Source: Amoebophrya sp. A120 (taxonomy: Eukaryota; Protista; Dinoflagellata). From it: DNA of 64,000 nucleotides. The notes under the pieces were generated by a model. It ran no database searches, had not been told where the DNA came from, and saw only the letters and a program-made list of their open reading frames with translations. The translations under genes were made by a program, and so were the position numbers. Positions 52,257 through 62,404 of the stretch are shown piece by piece. The first letter of the stretch is position 1; every line of letters begins with the position of its first letter. Location: NCBI GenBank assembly GCA_905178155.1, contig CAJINV010000001.1, positions 7,741,123 to 7,805,122 on the forward strand. Reading direction: 5' to 3'.

Positions 52257-54789
52257 CTATCTGTCGACGCTCGATTTTTTGACTTCCTGTCGCTCGGGCG
52301 ATTTCGTCCTTGACCTCTCTCTGCTGTGGGAGCTGTGTCCTGTTAAGCCCGTTGAACCAGCACCTGCGTCGCGCATAATCCGATCCGCTCCTGAAGTCTG
52401 CACGTCGATCTGTCTGCCCAAATTCAACAGTTCGACCTCCATGGGACGCAATTCTTCCAGTAACCAATCTTTGAGTCGCAATGTTTTTCCTGCATTAAAT
52501 TTACCCCTTGCAATTGCTGCTTTGGCTTTGTCATGTGCATCCTTTAACGATTTGCCCGAAGATTTGAGGTCGGCTAGAAGACTCGTGTCAGTTCCGGCCT
52601 TTGATGGAGCAGCCTGTGCTGATTCGTGTTCCTGATTCCCGCCCTGAGCCTTTTGCACCGTACTGGTAAACTTTTGAAAAACGCCCTGCAACGCAGAAAC
52701 GGAATCTCGCGCAGGGTTCAACGCTTTTTCCAAGCACTCTTGCTTCCGTCGCTCTAGTCCTGCTAGCTGGTGGTGAGTTGCCGTTTGCTGGAGTGCTTTC
52801 TTCGTCTGCTCCTGTGGTGCAGTGGTCTTGCTCAGTGGCCCTGCTCCGCTTGGTGCATGCGGTCCTGCTTTTTGTTCACCTTGGGGTTTGTCTTTCTGCG
52901 TGGTCTCGTCTTTCGTGTTCGAATGAGCGAAAGACGCGGGTATTCTGTGCTCCTGGTTTTTGCGCCGTAATAAAACTGACAACACTGGACGTGCATCTTG
53001 CGACGGCTGCTTCTCCTCAATGGACGGCGGAGGATCCGATTTGACTTTCTTTATCGCTTGCATATCGGGAAGGTCGAAAGCAACGCCCCGACTACGCTTC
53101 AAGGATTTTCCCTGAGAGGCCTGCGCCTGTTCCTCCTCGCTGCCCCTCTTTTCCTGTTTCTCGCCAAACCCGAACACTTCAGTGAAGTTGTAGCTGTGCT
53201 CGTCCACGCACAAGGTTACCTTGGTTGCGTTGATTTTCCATTTCGGGATACTTACGCGAGTCGTGTTCATTCCGTGGCCCTTACTCGGTGCATATTACTG
53301 CGGAAACACAATGTACAGACACACAAACCATAGAGGCGAGATCGAGAAAACGGAAAAATGCGTCACGGTCACAAATTAAAATTTAGTTTGTAACCGTGAC
53401 GTACATATATATTAACTATACCCAGCCCCGAAAAGCGCGGACGGTAAAAATCGTGTGCTTCCGGAATGTGACAAAAATCCGCGTGATGAGGCCTGATTCG
53501 TGCGCAACTTTCTTCGCCGGTCCAATTTGCTCCACTACATCACCGCTGGATAAGAACGCCGTCACCCTAGAGCCTGTCTCGCACGATTCTTGCACCGAAG
53601 CGCCTGAGCTTCGCAGTAATTGCCATTTTCTCTGTCCAACGGCGCCGTCTCCAATTGATTGGGCTTCGCAAGCCTTCGACGCGGTTACATTCGATGCGCT
53701 GGATTTGGTGCCCGGCACAGTGGCCGCTTGAACTGTGGCAGGTGCGACTGCAGGAGGAGGTCGCTTCGATGCAGCGTCGAGCCAGTTCTTCTGCGCTGGA
53801 GGCAATGCAGCCGCCTCCTGCACTTTTGTATTTGTTGGCCTGGCGCAGGCGCCCCCCATTGCAATGGAGCGCAAAGCCTCTACGGCAGCCAGCTGAGCTG
53901 ATTCTCTGCCGGCGCGGCTGTGCAACCGCAAAGGGTCCTCGCTTGACACTGCTGCAGCGCCCGGAGTGGTCGCTTTCCCGACTTCAAGCCTTGGCCGAGT
54001 GTATCTCTCGAACAGAATAGCCCCGCAACGACATGCGTCCTCCTTTGTAAGAGCCACAATTTGCGCCGCAAGTTCACCTACACGTGAACCGCCCGTGTCG
54101 GTTTTCGCAGCCGGGGACGCACAGAAGAGGTCGCCGGGAAATGGTTCGTGCAGGCGCAGCGCTGCGAGGTTGTGCGTTTTAAGTAAGTCAGCCTTTGCTG
54201 TGTGGACAACACCGTAGTCATCAGGATGCAGCGGGACGGACCGCTCAACGATCCCCATGCCGAAGCGGTCCTCCAGCTCGCGCTTGTGATTTTTGGGCGC
54301 TAGTGTGATCCAGTTTCCCATGCATAGATTGGAAAACTTAAACGCAAACTCCTCTTGCACTCGTCGAGGGTTTACTAGCTCGTAAGCCTGCACACGTGTC
54401 GTTGGTTTCGCAACCATGTATGCGTAAGCGCGACGGTTAGAAAGCGCGTAAAATACAGAGTCTGTGTCTGCAGCAGGACTGAAACGCGCTGATGGGTGCC
54501 GAGCTACTTCCAGGATGTTGCCTTGCAAAATAGATTCAGGATCTTCATTTGGACGGCGTCGGAATTCAGCAATCAAATCGGTGACCGAGCCGTAACCATG
54601 CTGAAAGTCCTTACTGATGTTGTCCTGCGTAAACCGGAGCTGACTCGTGCTCAACTCGATTTTTTTCCAATCGTCTTTGTTGTCATTCCAATTGTACTTG
54701 TGGTCGTCAGAATTGGTTCCACCTCTGACATGAGAAAATCCTCTTTTGTAAGAGAAGCCCCTTGCGTGCGCAGAGTTTCGATCCGCCAT
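52257..54789 (-). CDS. ParB/Srx-like domain family paralog 1 (ParB-like + KH-like + SH3-like + helical C-terminal domain; two exons)
   Basis: LRFTQDNIS...FYALSNRRAYAY. Exon 1 ends RGW|GTATAG and joins ...CCAAG|VTLCVDE in ORF 52257..53270, whose NAGKTLRLKDWLLEELRP matches NATKTTTWRDWILEELKP in paralog 3. Confidence 0.75.
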
Positions 54790-55376
54790 GATGTGGCTTT
54801 TTCGTCGTGTCACACCTGGTTTCCAAGCTTCGAGCTCAAGATTAGATGGCTCACTCCGTTACAATCAAGAAACTACAAACTCTGTGTTGCACATAGGTGC
54901 TCTCAATTTCGCATCAACAGCTGATGGGTCTCGGGTAAATCTAAAAAACCTGAAGTCGGATATTAAGCTAAGCGTAGCGATAGATCGATAAAGCTTCCCT
55001 AGGAAGCGAGTGATTGCGATATTCGAAAATCTAGTAAAAAAGAACGCACTTTGACGCTCTAGCGAACATAGAACCAGCAGGAACAACTGCATGAAGCCTT
55101 TCCAGAAGTTCTGTTTTTTCAAACATAGTCGTCGGGCCCACTCGGCTCTGCTCACCAGATGCTACACGTAGGTAGCAGGCTGCATGATCTTTGATGCGAA
55201 GAGAGCTCGAACTGATCCTGTAACAAAGCTGTGTCGACGTCCACGCGGAATGATTGTTTGTATGTATAAAAACCACGCGAATCCGTTTCGCGCTTCGCCC
55301 CATGGAAACGTCCAGAAAAGAGCCAGCGAAAATTGCAAGAACATTCACAGACAGAGTTGCTTCATCTCTCATCAAA

Positions 55377-58300
55377 TCACATCTCACGCAGCTTCTTAAT
55401 CCCCTCATCAAGAGCCGAGATTATCTGAGACGTTCGCACCGCTTGCGCCTGGAACTCCTGGTCGAACGTCAAAAAATCTGCTTTGAGCTGCTCGAAGCTT
55501 TCCTCTGCCGTGTCCTTCCCGCATGTCAAAAACGCCACCGCGGTGCTCATTTCGCGATGAAGGTCGTGAAGACGGTCCGAAATGCCTTGAATATCTGCCA
55601 TAAGGGTCGAGGTGCGAGATATCCGCATCTGTGCGTCGTTTCGCGAAGCCGGCCCCTCGAGTCGGCGCGCTGCGCGCTCTGCCACATCAAGCAAATCGGT
55701 GAAGCCGCCACAGTTCTCGCGGTACTCGTCTACACAGCTGCGCGCATTGTCAAACTCGGCCTTGGTGGAGATACTTTCTGCTTCGGTGGTAAGCTGCTGT
55801 TCTGCCGGGAGACTTTTCGCAGCAGCATGGTCTTCGCCCAACGGCGTGATGTCCTCTGATGGTGTCGCGTTGGAAGTAGCCGAAGGGAAGGCTCGCGGCG
55901 TTTCCAAATCTTCAATCGATGCGGCTGCAGGGCGACCGGGCCGGTATTCGCCACCTCCCACGCACTGCCCAAACTTGATTCCATCCGATTCGGGCGATGA
56001 CGACCGCGCCCGACTTTTATTGATGGCTCTCGCTTTTTTCTCTTTTTTCCGATTCCGGTGCCTGCGTTTTTCCTTTTTCTTCTTTTTCGCTCGCGGTGTT
56101 CGACGTCGCTGTGGCGAACTCGATGATGATGAGACTCTTGAACGACTGTAGTGACGTCGTATTACAATGAAAAATGCACCCATCCCGATTAGCAGAAGCT
56201 TCTCATGAGAATTTTCCGATTCCAAGTGAAAGCTTTATGTCTTGCATGAAAGGACTATATGAGTCTTTCTGGCGCAAAAGGTATCTTTTGCATGACAGAC
56301 CCGCCTGCTGTTGGGCTTCTTTGCAACACATATTTGAGCTATTCAGCATGGAAATCTGTGATGTTGCTGATACATATTTATATGCAAGACGGGGAGCGTT
56401 TCTATTGGAAAGGTTTGCAATACGAATCCTGCCAAGTCCTGGGGCGGGAGCATTTTTCACTGTAATACGTCGCTGTCTACTTGCGTTGCTCCTGCGCCGC
56501 CGTTTTTCTCCTCTTCGCCCCGATCGTGACTCGACACCCCGAACACGGCGCCCGTAATAATCTTCGTCCGAAGAGATCGGGACGCTCGCACGAACGCGCG
56601 AGAGACTTCTGCTGGAGCTCGAGGGCGCGCTGTTTCGTCGTGCAGGCTTCCTTGCTTGCGCGGAGCGTCTCCTTCGTCTGCTCGTGCTTCTACCTCGTGT
56701 CGGACTCTCCGCCCCTTTCTCTCCACCGGGTACTTCAACAAAGTACTTCGGGCCGCCGGCATTTTCGGCAGACAGTGTCACCTTGATATTTATAAAGTGC
56801 TTGGAGTGCCAAGATGATTATAGTGCATTTGTCAACAAGAGTCGAGCCTCTGCGCAAGAAGAACTATCGCGCACACAGCGCGCAAGGCCTCAAAACCGGA
56901 ACTGGTTTCATGCACTGCATACGGTACCTGGAGGCACTATTGCTTCTTGCTGCGTAACTGACAAGCACCTCTGAGCTATGTATTGACCACAAAGAAAACG
57001 GGGCATGATAAGCAAGTATGGGAACTATACCCAGCCTAGCGTGTGCGGCAGAAGAGGTTCGCCCCGCTTCCCGCTCTTTCCCTCCGACAATGGGCCTGGC
57101 TCCATTTCTTTGCTTGCCTGCCGTATGTCTCGGACCAAGTGCAGACACCTGTAAAAAATTAGAAGCATCCACTGTCGCTTGCTAGTGAGCCCCATCATTA
57201 TAAAATGCTCTTGCATGAATAAACAGACTGTGTACGTTTCTGCATGCGAGTGCTACACTGGCTAGAACAACAGAAAGACAAACAACAGCGCCCCATAAAG
57301 AGTGTCTACCAGTCCAGAATGGTTTTGGCGCTCCTCTCTCCCACAATCCTTGCAAACCTCCGCACAAGCGCATCGCCGATCTTGCCGCCCTCGGCGACGC
57401 GTGCATCTTCGTTTTGTTCGCGGTTCTTCAAAAATGTTTTCACCTCCACCAGTTTTCGCGTTGCTGGGACGTGTTCCTTTTCTAGCTCCTCCCATAAGAT
57501 CTCCGCTTCCGCGGCGGCTAGCTCGCCAAAAACTGTCCACGTCGGCGGTTTTGCGGTGCTACTTCCACAGCCTACAGGCAGTCGGTTTGCTGGCAAGCGA
57601 ATGGGCATGCGTTTGACGAAGCCGTCGCAGCCGGACTCGAACTCGCCGAACTCGAACTCGACAGGACCCATTTGCTCGACGGTTTGCCCTTCGGCGAGCA
57701 CTCCTAACTGCTTAGAGGACAGGCACTTGCTCGAACGCATCACCACCCCGGTCCGCGCTACTTTCCAATTTTTTTTTGGAAGCGCATTCCGAGGTACGTA
57801 TTGCTGCGCGCTTGTCGAAGTGGTCCGCTGCGGTGGACGCATCCCGTGAAGCCCCGGCGCGATGTACGGAAACGGGAGAACTCTATCACATGAGGTCGGT
57901 GATGTTCGGCGGCTGTTGCCCACCTGGTGTGATGCTGTAGTGAGGCTGAGCCTTCGCCGCTTTGTGCCTGCTTCAGTCCCTGAACACGATGCGTCGATGT
58001 CCTCACCAAGAAAACCGTTTCTACCATGTGAGCCAGTCGCGCGGGTCGACGAAAAAAGCGAAGCCGCCACACCAGTCGTGCTGTGTTCCGGTTCGGCGGA
58101 CAAAGCCGCGACGGTCGCGAGGGTCAGAGGCTGCACTCCCCCGACATGCTCCGGACGCAGGGCGTCTACGAGCGCCGCGGCCCGAGACGGGCCGGCTTCC
58201 ATTCGGCGCCGCGAATACGCCTCGTAGAGCAAACTGCCGCAAGCGCTTACCTCCTGCTCAGTGCGGCCGACTATGTGCGCCACAAGGTCTCCCACCTGTC

Positions 58301-59528
58301 CGCCCGGCAACTCCTGCGAGTGCTTAGCAGCGGGCCCCGGCAGCGTCGGTCTTTGCACGCAAAAAGTGTCAAAATTTTTCCCCGGGAGGTGCTGCGTCAG
58401 ACTGAAATCAACGAGATGATATCGCTTTACCAGGTCGCCAATTTTATCGCTCACCGCCGGGCCGTCGTACGGGTGCAACGGCACAAATCTCTCGTAGACG
58501 CTCGTATTTCCAAACCGCTGCTGCAGGTTGGTCTTGTGGCCCTTGTCCGTCAGGGTTATGAACAGCCCATCACTCATATCCCGTGTAAAAACGTCTCCAC
58601 CCCATCACCAAATGCAAAAATGTGTAGGTCTGGGAGATTGCGACATTTGTCATGCACATGCTATTCTGGCATGACTCCGAAGTTGGTATTGCGTGGCCGC
58701 GAAGAGCCCCTCTTGCTGGTCATGGAAAAACGCAGTTTCTCATGCGAAGTACGCAACGAACTCAGAAGCGTGTCATGCTTGGAAGCGCATTACAGTTTTC
58801 TCACTACTCCCTTCCTTGCATCACAGGTTTCCAGACCCAGACATGTTTGCCATGCTGCATGCTGTATATGCAAATTTGGACGCTGAGAATGTTTCTCATG
58901 CGGAGCCTCATGTTGATAGTGGTGCCCTGAGCTTTGTTATGCTCAAATCAGAATGATAAGCTGGATCTGTAACGCTGCTGCACTAGCTAAACACGACGAT
59001 ACTACGACGAGCCCAAATTACTCATGTGCAACAGCCAAAGCTTCTTCATTTGTCTTGCAGATTTCCCAACTTGACTACGGGGCGGGGACGTTTTTCCTCG
59101 CAATAACTCACGCTGGAAAAGCGGAACTGAAATTCGTGCTGCAGCTTGTGCTCGTCCACCAGCTCCTTCGCGTTGACCTCCTCCCCGGGCCGGGCCACGA
59201 TGTAGGCCAGGGCGCGCCTATTTGTGAGCGCATAGTAGACGGGTTCGGATCCGGGTGCCGCAGATGGGTGCCGTGCCACTTCCAGAATGTTGCCCTTCAA
59301 AACCGTGTCCGGATCCTTCGGGCTCGCGCTCTTCAGCTTGTCGATCAGGTTTTGAATTGGGCCGAATTTTTTGTCCGTAAAATCCCGACTGATGGTCTGC
59401 TGCGTGAAGCGAATCTGGCTGGTATTCAGTTTAATGCGCCTGTACGCGGGCGCCGCTTTCGGCTCCGGGGCGGACATTCCACCCTTATTCTTGCGCCCCC
59501 CGGACTCCCAAACCCAGCCACTATACAT
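55377..59528 (-). CDS. ParB/Srx-like domain family paralog 2 (ParB-like + KH-like + split SH3-like + RS-rich + helical tail; about five exons)
   Basis: IRFTQQTIS...YYALTNRRALAY. ORFs 59046..59528, 57306..58577, 57025..57216, 56203..56781 and 55377..56225 join via two TIR elements and two GT-AG introns, one with the same GGCTGG|GTATAGTT donor as paralog 1. Confidence 0.72.
56160..56467. mobile_element. Introner-like TIR element, class B (308 bp, TSD CGTCG)
   Basis: Left TATTACAATGAAAAATGCACCCATCCC vs right reverse complement TATTACAGTGAAAAATGCTCCCGCCCC. CGTCG at 56155-56159 and 56468-56472. Excision gives ASRQRR|HYSRSR. Confidence 0.9.
58577..59105. mobile_element. Introner-like TIR element, class B, carrying a nested class A copy (529 bp total, TSD ACTCA)
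   Basis: Left TATCCCGTGTAAAAACGTCTCCACCCC vs right reverse complement TATTGCGAGGAAAAACGTCCCCGCCCC. ACTCA at 58572-58576 and 59106-59110. Excision gives FRFSSVS|DGLFITLT. Confidence 0.9.
58606..58858. mobile_element. Decayed class A element nested inside the class B element
   Basis: CACCAAATGCAAAAATGTGTAGGTCTGGGA...TTCCAGACCCAGACATGTTTGCCATGCTGC, ~253 bp. Interior resembles the 1195/28306/35866 group. Terminal TAT/ATA and TSD are degraded. Confidence 0.8.
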
Positions 59529-60113
59529 TTTTATTTCTTACATTAGTCAGCGAAGAAAAAAGTAACAAGAAGAGACAACTGAGACAAAGAGCAGGCCGGT
59601 GAGCGTATGTCGCAGCTTGATGCTCTTGTTGCGGAACAATAAACTAAAGCTCTGCACAGCACTAGAGCAAATACATATAAGACCAAGATCTTCTTTACTT
59701 ATTATGGAGTCACCGGCACAGATGCGTATGCTTTCCAAAGACCCCGCAAGACAGGCAGAGGAAGCCTCTCGTCGCCCAAGTTTATGTCCGATTTTGGGCG
59801 AAGTAAAAGCGAGGGCGCTACTACTTACAATCAGGATCAAGGTCGAGCCGTTGTGCGCGATGAGGATCCTTAAGGACTCTTATTGTCGCGGACCTTTTCT
59901 TGCACAGCCTGAGTCTTCATTTGAGAACGTCATGCTGTTTTTGACGCAGCAAAATGCGCCGTGTGCCGTTGCTTGATCCAAGAATTCATTGCGGGAATCA
60001 TAAGAGGAAGAAACGAAAGCGCTTGTCGGAATCATGGGTATGCACTAGGGATCAAAGTTCTGCACGTCGCGTCCTACAGTTAACCAAATAGGAATAGATC
60101 AGTTTCCACCTCG

Positions 60114-62030
60114 TCAGTGAGTAACGAACCTTCGAATGCGACCCAGTCGCCTTTCTTGCATTTCAAACTCTCGACTGACCTCCGCACAATGTCGCTCGAT
60201 CGGTTTCAGTTCCTCGAGAATCCAGTCGCGCCATGTCGTTGTTTTCGTGGCGTTTAGCTGCAATTTCCGCACGGCTTCCTTTGCCGCGCTGTGTAAATCT
60301 TTGCCTTTATCCACGGCGGCCTGAAGGTCCGCGATCCAGCTTGCTGTTGCCGCTGCGCCCGCAGCCCTTTTGTCTTCCTCGCTGCGAAGTCTGGTTGCGA
60401 TGGCTGATGATTGCTGCTGCAGTTTTGCGAGGCACATACTCGCAGTCGCGCGGCTTTTCTCCAAAACAAGCTTTCTCCGCGCTTGCATCCGCATAGCGTC
60501 GTCGTCAGGACTTCTGCTGCGCCGCGAGCTTGCGCCAGGGGTTTCCTCCATAGTCGCTTCCGGTTGCGCTTTGCCGCGGCCCTGATCCGAAACCTCCAGC
60601 CCTGTCGCGATGAAGGGATATGGCATGATCGGGCCCCGTGATGAGGATGATTCTTCATCTTCGGAAACAAGATCCCGGCTGCTACAGCTTGCGTCATCCT
60701 GTGGCCACTCCTTCTGCGCGCTGTCATCTCTTTCGACCAATTCCACTCGCCTTCGCTTTGTACCAGCTTCGGCGACCGACGGTCTTCTGGTAGATGCGCG
60801 ACGTAGATCCGCTCGCGCAGTTAGAAAGACAGCGCCAGTTGGGTTGGTTGACGGCGGCGCGTGAGATATTGTAGACGTTCGTGACCTGCTTCTGCAGCGA
60901 GACCTTCTGCGCGACCTTCGTCGATCCCCCACTCCCATTTGCGAATGTCTGTCCTCTGCCACTTCTCGTTCCGTTGTCAAAGCGCCCGGCACTGGCTGTG
61001 CGGCGTCACGAGCAAGGCCTTCGTTGCTTCTGCTGTTCCGAAAACTGTCAGTCAGCATTTGCATATGTTCAGCTACCTCCTCGGGGGTCGCGAAAGGTGA
61101 GACTAGCGGCAGAGCTGTGTCAGCATGATCGCCGCCTTCTTCATACGTGCCCCTACCGCCACCCCGGGTGCTTTCTACTTGTTCTATGTTTTGCTTAAGC
61201 TCCAGCTCCACTCGTGGTCGTGTGTAGGTGTCATACAATAGCCCGCCGCAAGCTGTTGCCTCCTGCTCCGTTCTCGCTACGACGTGCGCTATAACATCTC
61301 CCACGCGACACCCTGTCGATGCCTCCTTACCGGCAGCTGCTGCTGCGTGCGTAGAATTGTACTCCCGGACGCGAAAAAGATTTGGGTTCTTTCCGGGGAG
61401 ATATTCGCGCAAACTCAAGTCCGCCAAATGGTACGTTTTGACCATGTCCTGAACTTCCTCGCGGACGTCTGCCAGGTCATCAGGATGCAAGGGGATGTGG
61501 CGCTCGTAGATGGAATCGCCGAATCGCGTCTGCAGCTTCTTCTTGTGCCCCCTCGACGTTAGTGTGAGAAAAAGCCCGTCGCTCAGGCTCGAAAACTTGT
61601 GCTTGAAATGGTACTGGATCGCGTGGCGGTCGACCAACTCGAAAGCCCGTACAGTTTTGTTTGGTCGGGCGATGAGGTAAGCGTACCCACGACGGTTGCT
61701 GATTGCGTAGTAAGTCGGCTCTCGGCCCGGCTCGCGGGGACGGGACGGATGCTGAGCCACCACCAGAATATTTTCGCCCAAGATGTGGCCGGGGTCGTGC
61801 GGACAGTCCATCAGTCGCGCGATCAGATTCTCCACGGGCCCCCAATTATCCTGGAAGTCTCTGCTGATGTTGTCCTGCGTAAACCGGAGCTGTCTTGTGT
61901 TCAACTGAATTAACGTGTACGACTGCGATCCGTCCCCGCCCTTTTTCCCAGCGCCTTTGCTGCGACGAGCTGCACGCGCTCGGTTTGACATCTTGCGTTT
62001 CTCTTTTATGTATGTGGGAATGAAGGACAC
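60114..62030 (-). CDS. ParB/Srx-like domain family paralog 3 (intronless; ParB-like + KH-like + RS-rich linker + helical C-terminal domain)
   Basis: 638-aa ORF with LRFTQDNISRDF, YYAISNRRGYAY, ERHIPLHPDD and VVARTEQEATACGGLL. Confidence 0.82.
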   Translation of the reverse strand: MSFIPTYIKEKRKMSNRARAARRSKGAGKKGGDGSQSYTLIQLNTRQLRFTQDNISRDFQDNWGPVENLIARLMDCPHDPGHILGENILVVAQHPSRPREPGREPTYYAISNRRGYAYLIARPNKTVRAFELVDRHAIQYHFKHKFSSLSDGLFLTLTSRGHKKKLQTRFGDSIYERHIPLHPDDLADVREEVQDMVKTYHLADLSLREYLPGKNPNLFRVREYNSTHAAAAAGKEASTGCRVGDVIAHVVARTEQEATACGGLLYDTYTRPRVELELKQNIEQVESTRGGGRGTYEEGGDHADTALPLVSPFATPEEVAEHMQMLTDSFRNSRSNEGLARDAAQPVPGALTTEREVAEDRHSQMGVGDRRRSRRRSRCRSRSRTSTISHAPPSTNPTGAVFLTARADLRRASTRRPSVAEAGTKRRRVELVERDDSAQKEWPQDDASCSSRDLVSEDEESSSSRGPIMPYPFIATGLEVSDQGRGKAQPEATMEETPGASSRRSRSPDDDAMRMQARRKLVLEKSRATASMCLAKLQQQSSAIATRLRSEEDKRAAGAAATASWIADLQAAVDKGKDLHSAAKEAVRKLQLNATKTTTWRDWILEELKPIERHCAEVSREFEMQERRLGRIRRFVTH

Positions 62031-62404
62031 GATAGGAATAAAGAACTTTTAAGTAAGTAGTAATGATGCACTCACAGCAATTCGAGAATGAGACACATGA
62101 AGTAGAGAAGAAAGGCACTCGCCGTAAGACCGAAGTTGTCTGCACTCCTCAAACAAACTTTCACTTCACTCAAAGCCAATCGCAACACGAACTCACTCGA
62201 CAGACAATATACAGTCTCTCTTTTCCCTGAGTTAGACTCTCGGAAAAAAAAAGTGCGAAATTTTCTTTCCGCCCAGATGCGCGAACACAGGACAATCTCT
62301 TTCCTGTGAACTAAATTGAAAAGGTTTTACCTCCACCATTTTGTCGTCCCGTCATGCGAAAGAGCCGTAATCAAATTTCTGCTGTTCCACATTTGCACTA
62401 GTCG

